Positions 38,430-48,254 of a DNA stretch of 64,000 nt are shown here, one piece after another. The position numbers and the translations under genes were made by a program. This DNA is from a virus, in IMG/VR virus record IMGVR_UViG_3300008050_008852, positions 1 through 64,000 of that record. One strand, 5' to 3'. How positions within the stretch are numbered: position 1 is the stretch's first letter; every line of letters begins with the position of its first letter. The notes under the pieces are model-generated. The model had not been told where the DNA came from and did not search any database. It saw only the letters and a program-made list of their open reading frames with translations.

Positions 38430-41400
38430 TGGCTCGAAAAGGTGTAACAATAACAAATTCAGGCTTATTTAGTACCTCAACTGTATCTGATTTTTCCGCA
38501 CCGGGTGGGCGCACAAGTTTTGATGGCTTGGCTTCATTATCTGGTTCTATAACAACCGGAAGTTCAGTGTTTGAAGATTTTTCTTCCGCGCTTAAATCAA
38601 CACAACAAATTCCGATAGATTGGTCAAAATTTGAAAAACATACGTTTTTTGATTCTGCTGAGAGTAAAATAAATGTTGCGTTCGATACAATTATTAACTT
38701 TTATCCATTCGACAGTCCAGAGTCAGAACGAGCAGAATATATTCAAGGCCTAACCGGATTCGAAAAATATATATATGATACACTCTGGCCAAAGCATAAA
38801 GGGTATTTACATTTTTCTGGAACACAAAAGGGTGAAGATCCATCAGCCGGCCATGCCCCGAATTTAGGTAGTCATATAAGTATTGTTGATCAAGCCGGTA
38901 ATTTATATCCAACCATTAGCAAGAGATCTGATGCTGCTCCAATTATTGATTTTTCTTCTTCCCCATTTACATGCGCGTTTCATTTAAATTTACCGCCACA
39001 GGCAAATGATAATGCCACAATTATACAGAAATTAACACAAAGCCATGGCTTTTCACTTTTTATAAGTGAATCAGCCAGTTTAACAGAAGCCTCTGTTGTA
39101 TTTGCAATTTCGTCTGGTTCGACCGCGATTAGCGCTAGCGTCGCGTTTGAAAAATCAAGTACTGATTTTCATCACTGTGCCGCAGTGCTGACCCGCCGTA
39201 TAAACGAAAATCCTGGGTTATTAATTTATAAAGACGGCCGACTTCTTGCTACATCTTCACAAACTGCCAATATTGGACAATTAAACTTTAAGACAGCAAA
39301 TATTCTAATTGGCTCAGGCTCTAGTCATAATTTGGGTACGTATTCAACAACATTTGATGCCATAACAACATTTTCTGGTTCATTAGATGATTTAAGACTT
39401 TATAAGACTGAGAAAAATATTACTCAAATAAAAAATATAGCTTCAGGAACATATGGTCACGTTCCTGATTTATTGGCATATTATAAATTTAATGAAGCCA
39501 CCGGTTCGTATGACAACAATGAGATAGTTTTAGATCACTCTGGTAATTCACTACATGGTTCAATTACTAATTATACTTCAAGCTTAAGGGTTAAGGGCGA
39601 TCTTGTTGATCCAATGCCTAATGAAGATATTGATAATAATCCCGTTCTATTCCCTTCGTTTCCTAAACTAGTCGCATTAAATAGAAATTTGTTATTAACT
39701 GCGTCAAATTATGACGCAAATAACCCTAATCTTATTACAAAAATGATTCCTCGACATTATCTTGAAGAGGAAGCATATACGATGGGTTATCCAAATGCCC
39801 GAGCCGGCTTAGGTGAAGAGTACTCCTATACATCTGATTTTCCTGGCGGTGGTGATCCAGGATCACCGCAATTGATTGCTTCATTATTGTTTATGTGGGC
39901 TAAATTTTTCGATGAAATAAAATTATTCATTGATCACTTTGGATCGTTATTAAAAATAGATTATGATGACCCCGGAACAGTTGCTGATGTAATGTTACCA
40001 TTTTTTGCAAAGTATTATGGCATCGCTCTACCAAATATGTTTTCAGATGCAACTGCAGAGCAGTATCTTAAAGGTCAAAATGTTCTGTTAGATGCTCAAA
40101 AGTCAGATATGAGTCTTGCTAAAATTCAAGCTACAATCTGGCGTCGTATTTTAATAAATATTCAGGATTCAATTAGATCTAAGGGAACAATTCACGGTAT
40201 AAAGTCAGTCATGCGCGCCACTGGAATTAATCCAGATACAATGTTTAGATTTAGAGAATCTGGTGGCCCTCGTGAATTAAGCATTACGGATTCTAGAATA
40301 TTTAGAAATGAAACGAGTTCTATGCTTCATTTTGCTTCTTCGAGTATACTAGTTAGTAAGTTTTTAAGTGGAAGTAGAGTCGAACCAGGTCTACCAATAA
40401 TATCCACCGAAGGAACAATGGTTGAAAAAACTGTTACTTCACCTCATGGTATATCAAATTGGAAATGGGATGGTTTATTCACTAGTGGTTCTTGGACAAC
40501 TGAATTTATAACCAAACAAAATCCACCAAAATTAATCACATCTGCATCAATAAGTAGAATGTGTTCAACAGGTTCGCTTGGTCTAACAATGCTATCAAAT
40601 TGCATTGCTGTCGGAGCAAGTAAAAAAACAACCTCAACTGGTTCATTAACATTATTTCATAATCCAGTTGGTATATCTGGTATATCTCCACTTGAGCTTC
40701 ATTTAACTGGTACAGATATATTTGATGGAGGTATCTGGCACATTTCTTATGGAAGAGAAGTCCAGCAAGATATGACGGCCAGCTATTTCCTCCGCGCCGG
40801 TAGACAATCCAACGGTACATTGACAGAATATAAGTCAGTGTCAACAACGGCTAGCTTTGGTGTTGAGGATCTCTATTCAAGCGGATCCACTCAGGCAAAT
40901 GTATCTGGTTCATTTATGCAATTTGGTACATCACAATTTGACACATTCTCTGCTGGCTTAAACAATGCCGCAGTTACGTCTCATGCAAAGGTAAGCACAT
41001 GTACAGGTTCGGTCGGTAGAATTCGGTTTTGGTCAAAGGCACTAACTCCCGCTGAGACAAAGGAACATATAAGGAATTTTAAATCCGTCGGTGTCGAAGA
41101 TCCTCTTTTAAACTTTAATTTTGTTGTAAATAGTTCTGGTTCATTTGAACGTATGCGCTTTGATGCTCAATGTGATCAAATAACAACGTCCTCTGATACT
41201 CTTGGAAATGTTGATATTTTCGACTATTCACAAAACAATTTCCATATGTCAGGAACCTTGTTTCCAGCTGCAAAAGAAATAATAAAGCCTCAAGATTTTA
41301 GATTTTCTTCATTAAATACAAAATTTGATGAGCGCTCAACAACAAACAAGATTAGAATAGCCGGTTTCTTGGCTGATGAAAACATTGAAATGTTCAATAC

Positions 41401-41875
41401 TTTGAAGTCTCCAGTAAGAACAATTCCACTTGGTACACCAGTCGAAGATGATACAAGATTTTCTATAGAAATATCGTCTTGTAAGGCTTTAAATGACGAT
41501 ATTATTTTGCTGCTTGGAACTCTTGATTTCTTTAATGATGCCTTGGGATCACCAGAATTAATGTTTGCACAAGATTACCCTAATATCATTGCTTTAAGAC
41601 AAGTTTATTTTAATAGATTAACAGGTAAGATTAATTACAAAAATTTAGTATCATTCTATAAATGGGTCGACGATACAATTGGTTTTTTAATAAATAGAAT
41701 GATACCAAGTAATACGAGTTTTCATGGTATGAATTTTGTAATTGAATCTCATATGCTTGAAAGAAGTAAGCTTAGATATTTACAGGAAGATATTTATTTA
41801 GGTGAGAATGATCGTAGAGGCCTACAAACAGATCTTAATCTGCAACAAGTAGTAGGTCAATTAAAGAGGTTTTAG
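38429..41875 (+). CDS. baseplate wedge protein (gp7/P2 gpI-like core) with LamG-like domains
   Basis: LPFFAKYYG and RSKGTIHGIK wedge motifs; FSGSLDDLRLY, LLAYYKFNE, DHSGNSLHG LamG-type motifs. Confidence 0.65.
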   Translation: MARKGVTITNSGLFSTSTVSDFSAPGGRTSFDGLASLSGSITTGSSVFEDFSSALKSTQQIPIDWSKFEKHTFFDSAESKINVAFDTIINFYPFDSPESERAEYIQGLTGFEKYIYDTLWPKHKGYLHFSGTQKGEDPSAGHAPNLGSHISIVDQAGNLYPTISKRSDAAPIIDFSSSPFTCAFHLNLPPQANDNATIIQKLTQSHGFSLFISESASLTEASVVFAISSGSTAISASVAFEKSSTDFHHCAAVLTRRINENPGLLIYKDGRLLATSSQTANIGQLNFKTANILIGSGSSHNLGTYSTTFDAITTFSGSLDDLRLYKTEKNITQIKNIASGTYGHVPDLLAYYKFNEATGSYDNNEIVLDHSGNSLHGSITNYTSSLRVKGDLVDPMPNEDIDNNPVLFPSFPKLVALNRNLLLTASNYDANNPNLITKMIPRHYLEEEAYTMGYPNARAGLGEEYSYTSDFPGGGDPGSPQLIASLLFMWAKFFDEIKLFIDHFGSLLKIDYDDPGTVADVMLPFFAKYYGIALPNMFSDATAEQYLKGQNVLLDAQKSDMSLAKIQATIWRRILINIQDSIRSKGTIHGIKSVMRATGINPDTMFRFRESGGPRELSITDSRIFRNETSSMLHFASSSILVSKFLSGSRVEPGLPIISTEGTMVEKTVTSPHGISNWKWDGLFTSGSWTTEFITKQNPPKLITSASISRMCSTGSLGLTMLSNCIAVGASKKTTSTGSLTLFHNPVGISGISPLELHLTGTDIFDGGIWHISYGREVQQDMTASYFLRAGRQSNGTLTEYKSVSTTASFGVEDLYSSGSTQANVSGSFMQFGTSQFDTFSAGLNNAAVTSHAKVSTCTGSVGRIRFWSKALTPAETKEHIRNFKSVGVEDPLLNFNFVVNSSGSFERMRFDAQCDQITTSSDTLGNVDIFDYSQNNFHMSGTLFPAAKEIIKPQDFRFSSLNTKFDERSTTNKIRIAGFLADENIEMFNTLKSPVRTIPLGTPVEDDTRFSIEISSCKALNDDIILLLGTLDFFNDALGSPELMFAQDYPNIIALRQVYFNRLTGKINYKNLVSFYKWVDDTIGFLINRMIPSNTSFHGMNFVIESHMLERSKLRYLQEDIYLGENDRRGLQTDLNLQQVVGQLKRF

Positions 41876-42822
41876 TGACAACAATTACTCCGCCTTTCAC
41901 TGGCTCATATGCTATAAACCTTCAAGGTATAAATGTTTCGAGTTTTGATTTATTCGGAATGTCGATTTCACCTAAACTTGGAAGAAATGGTATAAAGACA
42001 TTTTTATCATCAAGTACAACAATTCTTGATGTGTCGCAAAATGCTAGAACGTTTTTTGATGATTCAATTCGTCTTCCAAAGCAAATTAGTTCTATTACTG
42101 CCTTATCATCTAGTAACGTTGAGGTAATATCTGACGATACATTTAAGGTTCAACAATTTCCAAATTATATGCTTTCTAGACAAACATTTGGGCTAGAAAG
42201 AAACGATCAAGGTGGTCCTTTTACTGAACTTGATTCGTACAGCGCAGTAAGTTATATCAAAGAGCAAACTGATTATTTGGCACCTGTAATAATTGATTCG
42301 CCATCAACAATAGATATATCAGAATTTTCTGGTGTAATAGAACCATTTGCTCTCCGAAAAGTGATAGATAACGCTTCAACGTTTTTAGGAACCTTTGATG
42401 ATCCTGAACCCACAGGTGTACGAGGTTCTTTGGATTCTGGTATTAGCCAAACAGATAGAAAAACAAAAACAGTAAAGTCAGATAATTTTTATGATATAAG
42501 ACAAAGTACTAGCAATTATTTTGAAGAAGTTGGCCTCCGCCCAGAAGATGAATTATTTGCTGGTGATTCTTTTACACTTGAGGTACCACTAGAATCTGTT
42601 GATATTGTCACCGTAGTACCATTTATTGATACGACATCAATTAATGAATCATATAACAATATAACGAGTGTTGAAATTAAGAATATTTTAATAAGTAGTT
42701 CGCTACGTTCTGATTTACCAAATGGCTTTCCGGGGTTAAATTTTAAAAGTGCACCGACAGGCTTTGAGTATGATAATTCTAGAGGCGTCGATTCAATTAC
42801 ATACGGCGGACAATTAAAGTGA
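41875..42822 (+). CDS. hypothetical virion structural protein
   Basis: 315 aa, GTG start coupled to neighbours in structural operon. Confidence 0.55.
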   Translation: MTTITPPFTGSYAINLQGINVSSFDLFGMSISPKLGRNGIKTFLSSSTTILDVSQNARTFFDDSIRLPKQISSITALSSSNVEVISDDTFKVQQFPNYMLSRQTFGLERNDQGGPFTELDSYSAVSYIKEQTDYLAPVIIDSPSTIDISEFSGVIEPFALRKVIDNASTFLGTFDDPEPTGVRGSLDSGISQTDRKTKTVKSDNFYDIRQSTSNYFEEVGLRPEDELFAGDSFTLEVPLESVDIVTVVPFIDTTSINESYNNITSVEIKNILISSSLRSDLPNGFPGLNFKSAPTGFEYDNSRGVDSITYGGQLK

Positions 42823-45800
42823 AAAAAAATAGTAGAATATCAAGATATTATGACCTAACAAAAGATTTTGGTGAGTATAAATCGTCTAATTCATTAATTG
42901 GTTGGTGGACATTTAATAATAAGGACTCACCTTCAGCACAACAAATACCTTCAAAAGGAACTACGAGTCTTCCAGGAAAATTTATTGATGGCTGGGATGA
43001 TCAGGTTGTTTTAGGCCCTTCTTCATTTGAATCTCCAACTTTTTTAAAGGGTTTGCAACATTTAAATAAAGCTTCAGCTACTATTAGCAATGGTATTAAA
43101 GGTTTTCAGGTTGATGGTTTTGCAGATCAATCAAGTTATCCGACTAAAACATTTACACTATCAATCACATTTAGAATACTTCAAGATTATCCTCAACCAA
43201 TCGGCGCTGGCGCCGGCGATAAAAAAATTAATATTGCAACTATTTGTGATACCAATCCCGATACCCAAGACGGCCGTTTAGGCTTGTATTTTGATAGTGA
43301 TGGAGCCCCAGGCGGTCTTCCAAGCTTTTCTACTGCCCTTGCAATAGATGATGGTACAGTGAAAATATGGCAGTCCTATTTCGATCCCACACACCCAAGA
43401 TTTTCATCAATAAAACATTTAAGGGAATGGATTAGGATTGATTTTGTTGTTAACGACATCATCCGCGCAGAGTCGAAAGGCTGGTTGGGAAGTCAATATG
43501 CCGAAATATATATTAATGGTTTACCACCAGAGACAAAACAGTCCATCAACACCGCCGCGGTCAGCAGCTTCGACATAACCAAGCTTTTAATTGGGGGGGT
43601 GGAGGACAACTTTGCCCCGCTGGCAGGTAAACCAGGTATTCAATTGGGTGAGGTTGCCATCTTCTCCGCGGCCCTCACATCAAACGAAATTAGTTATCTT
43701 TATGATAAAACACAGTCATCTGAAAATTCTGGAAAATTAACAAATTCTCCAAGATCACAATTGACCTGTGGCGAATGTGAACATGATAGTTATCCAACAA
43801 TTAATCGATCCACTGACTGGAGAAGAACAGGCAGAAGAATACCTGTGTTTTCTGAAGATGAAGGGTTTACGGTACCTACCCAAACCGGCGTAATTAATTA
43901 TCCCACACTATTATTGTCCGGCACAGAAGCCGATGCAGCAATTGGTACAATTTTAACAAATAATAATTCGTTACCAACAATAGAAACTGTTATTGATACA
44001 CCTTCTGGTTCAATTGGTAGATCAAATATTGTTAAATCATATAAAAAATGTAGTTCTACAACAGATTCATCAGATATATACAGACCATTCAACGACCTGA
44101 TCGCCCCAACTAATATTGCGACTCAAAATAGTCATATGGCACACAGTTATCCAGGGTTTACAAATACTCTTGGTGATAGAGTTATAATAGATATTGACAT
44201 AACTCCCACAAGTGCAAAAGTTTTGCGTGTTGTGACTGGATCTGACGGTGAGACATTTGATGGCCCCAATACTTTATCAAGTATAGAAAATACTGGTTTG
44301 GCATATTTTAATTTTGTTAATGGTAATTTTGAATCAATAGGTGGTATAAATTCAGAAACAGGCGTGCGTAGTAACTGGAATTTACCAGGCGCTCGTTCCG
44401 GTTCCGCCTGTATCGGGAATAAAGCTGCATACGATGCCGGCCCCCTATATCAAAAATTTAATTCATTAACTGATGAGGATTGGTTAAAAATCCCACGAAT
44501 ATTTCAGCCCTATTCATCAATTATTTCTCATCGTGGTACGTTTAATCATCCTCATACGACCGACTTTAATAGTTTTCAATTTTTTAAAGGAAAGTCGTCA
44601 GCAGTATTAGATATTGACACCTCCGCCCCACTCTCCGCTCCAACAGCCACCCAGCCTCTTTTTCCAGATCCAGATAGTTGGTTTGAGTCTACAGTCGGGT
44701 ACCCCAACTCTCCAGGCTACGGCGGTTATAATCGCGTTAACAATGAATGGTCTCCATATAATTCTGACGTTTCCGGCCGTGGTTGGTGGTTCTTTAAATT
44801 CAAAAACGATCCAAAAAAATATCCAGACCCGCAGATGAAAACTCCATCGCTAATTTGGAATCGCTCAACAGCCCCTGTAGATTTAGGATTAAAATTTCTA
44901 TCAACACTTTCAACATTAGGTAAACCAATAGTATACACAAATTGGTGTAATAACAGTTTGTTTCATGCTTCTTCTTCCCAAACGTTGAAAATGAGTGATT
45001 ATATTAATTCTCCATTACTTTTAGAATCATTTGAGGTTAATGTTGATGTAGAGGCCAAACGTTTACAGCGCCCTTTTCTTAAGGAGATAGGCTCTGGTAA
45101 ATTTGCAATGGCAAGTAATACAAATAACCACATTGATTGTTTAACATTTTTCTTATTGCGTCAAGAAAATCCACATGTCAATTCTTTTACACCTTTAATA
45201 AGAAGTCAGGGTTCAAAACGTGAATTAGTATCTTATTCAAATCATATTTTTGCTTCTACATATGTTGGATATGATTGGCTTGATAGATCTCGCATTGCAG
45301 TAGATTGGAATACCGGTGACCAAACAACAGTGCCTTATTGTGGTTCTCGAACTTCAAGGGTTTTTGCTGTTCGAGAGGATGAGGTTCTTGATACAGTTGC
45401 TGCAAGCGATTCGTTTTCATATTATAAAAAATCGGACGGCACATCCCAAACCTCCCATGGCCCAAACGGCATATTTTTCTCAAAATTCAATGATTATACT
45501 ATTTTAGGGCATCCAGATCCAGATATCCCCTTGGACACCCGGGATATTAAAGCCTCGAAGCAACCTTTTGAGCAATATGTTACTGCGTCTAAAACAATTT
45601 CAACTATAGCCCCAGTACGAATAACTGAAGCATATGCACAAAAAATAACACCTGTATTACCTTCAATGCAAAGTACAGTGCCTCAAAGGGTTGGGGTTTC
45701 TAATGTTCAAGGACCATTCTTTAATTTTCATACCATGGGCAGCACCATCGATTATTTTTTTAGAAAGACATCAACTCCAATTCAACCACGTTTATTTTTG

Positions 45801-48245
45801 GACTGTATGGGCACTTACTGGCCTGGAGGAACAACTACTAAAAATAGAAAGAGGTTTGATAGTGATTTACTTTCTATTTATGCTTACACTAGCCCCGCCT
45901 ATCAATGGCCATTTGAAAAGATCGAAGATAGATTTTCTCATCCATATTCTAGAATTCTTACGTATAAAACCGGGTCTGTTAATACTTTGACATTTGAACC
46001 AGCAGCTGACATTATTTCAAAAATGTATACACCTCCAACCCGTAATATAGTTGGACCTGCAGGTTCTGCTAGAAAATATCTAAAAGATCGTGGAGGGGTC
46101 TTACCTGCAACACCAACAAGAACAGTAGCTCCATCGCAGTACTTGGCATATGATCCTACATATGCCCAGTCAGCTTATCCACCGTCTAATGTTATGGCTG
46201 GCAATCAAACACACAATCCAGCTCCAGGCTATATGTATTTTGATATGACTGGTTCTGTTAAAGAATCTGGCTACGTCTTATTACCACAAGATGAATTAAT
46301 TCTTGGAGTACAATGGTCTCCTGCAGACGCAGTACATAGATCATTTAAGGCAATCTCACATAATGCAAAGAATCTAACCTTTAAAAATCAATTGGCCGTC
46401 GGCCTCGGCGAGGTGCCTTATTTCAATAATGCAACCGCATTTGAAACAGCATGTTCGTCGTCAATTTCTGCTCCAGAAGTAGGTGCTCATACATATCGAA
46501 ATGCTGGATATTGTAATACAAATGATTTAACAATGTATGCTTCTGCATCATGTACAATCCTTCAAAAACCTGCCACGTTGAGACTTTATGGGACGCTTAT
46601 TAAAAATAATAAGCAGAAACAACATGTCCTACCTCAGCAATTAGTTACAAATTGCATACATGAAGCCATTGGAGATGAGCCTATTTTAGATGTATATGAG
46701 ATATCTTCCACCCATCTTCTATCAACATCCCCAGCAGCAAAATATGTTAGTGGTTCACTTTCTTCTGAATCTATATACTTTGATGTATCAACCAGCAAGA
46801 CACTTAATCATAGATATGACTTAGGCCGCGGCGAACGTAGATCTTATGCTAATTCAAACTTATTTGATGTAGGTTCGGTTAAGAGAGTGTCAAAGGCTTT
46901 TGATATGTCTGAATATTATTATGACTCTTTGGCGCCAAGTATAGAAGAGATGTTTAATATAGATGAAGTTCCACAAGTCTCATGTAGTGGTTCACTAAGT
47001 ATGTTCCCCGGGGGTGATATATTGCGCTCTCCCGATCCAGCCATCCTTAAGAAATATGACGCCACCAATGGAACATTTGTACCTATCTCTAGAGATTTTT
47101 ATCCCATCGCTGTAGATTCACACAACCGGAGTGAATATATTATAAGTGGCATCAATAATGCACCAGCACCTACAAATAAAGTTTTTGGTAGATCATTTCC
47201 TTTTGAACCTCGTTATTCAAGTGTTAAACGCATGTTTTATCAAAATCCCCAAGCTGGATATTTTTTCGGATGGCAAGAAGGCAGCACAAAATCCACAGAA
47301 AAACCATTTTATCCGACCATGTATTCTGGTTCACTTAATTGGCTCGGTCTCACCGGCGCATCGCATCTATCACAAGTTGGTTTTACTTCCGCCTCTCTCC
47401 ACATGGACCCCGGGATCATCCCAAATAACGGTTATACCTACCTCGACGGTCAATATGGAAGCACCGTGAGCCCAGCAGAAACAAAAGAATGGGATAAATA
47501 TAAGGGGCTTTTATTGCCACCTTCGATAGAAAAAATAAATAGATCTAGGGATATGGGTCCATCAACAGCTGTTGTATCACCAAACTTACCTGGGAGCCTC
47601 TTTAGAAAAGATTTCTTCCAAGGTGACTATACCGATCCAGGCGGCCCGGATTCTGTTGGGCATATTGTAACAAATTTTGAATTAACTTCGAGTAATAAAA
47701 CAAATTTACAGGCATTTTTTGGTGTTGGTGACAATCGCTATGGCTTACTAAACCATTATTATTATTATCTTGAATTTATCCCAGTCGGCAAAAACCACCC
47801 ACTCGAAGTCTTCAATTTTATTCGACATGCTTCGTTATTAACTCATAAACCTCGAGGGTATCGTTATGGTTTAATATCATCTTCACCAAAAAAACTAGAT
47901 GCTACATATCGACGAAATAATTATGGTCAGTTTCGCGACCTTCTTGAACAAAGAAAATATTCTGCATTATTTATCAATGATCCAATTGACGTTGTAATAG
48001 GTCGTAATAATAATAATTTACAACATCGAAGTAATTTAGTTACTACGCCAGCAGTGACTTGTACTTTTCGAGAACCAATTTTTAAAAATCCAATTATAAC
48101 AGGTCAGGCTGCTCAAGTATCTCCGGTACAAACAAATTCGTCAAATTTAAGTAATGCGGCAACGTCGTCACTTCCTTTCTACGACGGCGAATTAAAAAAT
48201 AGAGATACCGCCCCAGCCTCAGATACAGAAACTATTGTTTTGTAG
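42819..48245 (+). CDS. giant virion structural protein with N-terminal LamG-like domain
   Basis: 1808 aa; LIGWW, IYING, GEVAIFSAALTSNEI-x-x-LY. Confidence 0.6.
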   Translation: MKKNSRISRYYDLTKDFGEYKSSNSLIGWWTFNNKDSPSAQQIPSKGTTSLPGKFIDGWDDQVVLGPSSFESPTFLKGLQHLNKASATISNGIKGFQVDGFADQSSYPTKTFTLSITFRILQDYPQPIGAGAGDKKINIATICDTNPDTQDGRLGLYFDSDGAPGGLPSFSTALAIDDGTVKIWQSYFDPTHPRFSSIKHLREWIRIDFVVNDIIRAESKGWLGSQYAEIYINGLPPETKQSINTAAVSSFDITKLLIGGVEDNFAPLAGKPGIQLGEVAIFSAALTSNEISYLYDKTQSSENSGKLTNSPRSQLTCGECEHDSYPTINRSTDWRRTGRRIPVFSEDEGFTVPTQTGVINYPTLLLSGTEADAAIGTILTNNNSLPTIETVIDTPSGSIGRSNIVKSYKKCSSTTDSSDIYRPFNDLIAPTNIATQNSHMAHSYPGFTNTLGDRVIIDIDITPTSAKVLRVVTGSDGETFDGPNTLSSIENTGLAYFNFVNGNFESIGGINSETGVRSNWNLPGARSGSACIGNKAAYDAGPLYQKFNSLTDEDWLKIPRIFQPYSSIISHRGTFNHPHTTDFNSFQFFKGKSSAVLDIDTSAPLSAPTATQPLFPDPDSWFESTVGYPNSPGYGGYNRVNNEWSPYNSDVSGRGWWFFKFKNDPKKYPDPQMKTPSLIWNRSTAPVDLGLKFLSTLSTLGKPIVYTNWCNNSLFHASSSQTLKMSDYINSPLLLESFEVNVDVEAKRLQRPFLKEIGSGKFAMASNTNNHIDCLTFFLLRQENPHVNSFTPLIRSQGSKRELVSYSNHIFASTYVGYDWLDRSRIAVDWNTGDQTTVPYCGSRTSRVFAVREDEVLDTVAASDSFSYYKKSDGTSQTSHGPNGIFFSKFNDYTILGHPDPDIPLDTRDIKASKQPFEQYVTASKTISTIAPVRITEAYAQKITPVLPSMQSTVPQRVGVSNVQGPFFNFHTMGSTIDYFFRKTSTPIQPRLFLDCMGTYWPGGTTTKNRKRFDSDLLSIYAYTSPAYQWPFEKIEDRFSHPYSRILTYKTGSVNTLTFEPAADIISKMYTPPTRNIVGPAGSARKYLKDRGGVLPATPTRTVAPSQYLAYDPTYAQSAYPPSNVMAGNQTHNPAPGYMYFDMTGSVKESGYVLLPQDELILGVQWSPADAVHRSFKAISHNAKNLTFKNQLAVGLGEVPYFNNATAFETACSSSISAPEVGAHTYRNAGYCNTNDLTMYASASCTILQKPATLRLYGTLIKNNKQKQHVLPQQLVTNCIHEAIGDEPILDVYEISSTHLLSTSPAAKYVSGSLSSESIYFDVSTSKTLNHRYDLGRGERRSYANSNLFDVGSVKRVSKAFDMSEYYYDSLAPSIEEMFNIDEVPQVSCSGSLSMFPGGDILRSPDPAILKKYDATNGTFVPISRDFYPIAVDSHNRSEYIISGINNAPAPTNKVFGRSFPFEPRYSSVKRMFYQNPQAGYFFGWQEGSTKSTEKPFYPTMYSGSLNWLGLTGASHLSQVGFTSASLHMDPGIIPNNGYTYLDGQYGSTVSPAETKEWDKYKGLLLPPSIEKINRSRDMGPSTAVVSPNLPGSLFRKDFFQGDYTDPGGPDSVGHIVTNFELTSSNKTNLQAFFGVGDNRYGLLNHYYYYLEFIPVGKNHPLEVFNFIRHASLLTHKPRGYRYGLISSSPKKLDATYRRNNYGQFRDLLEQRKYSALFINDPIDVVIGRNNNNLQHRSNLVTTPAVTCTFREPIFKNPIITGQAAQVSPVQTNSSNLSNAATSSLPFYDGELKNRDTAPASDTETIVL

Positions 48246-48254
48246 GTTTTTATA

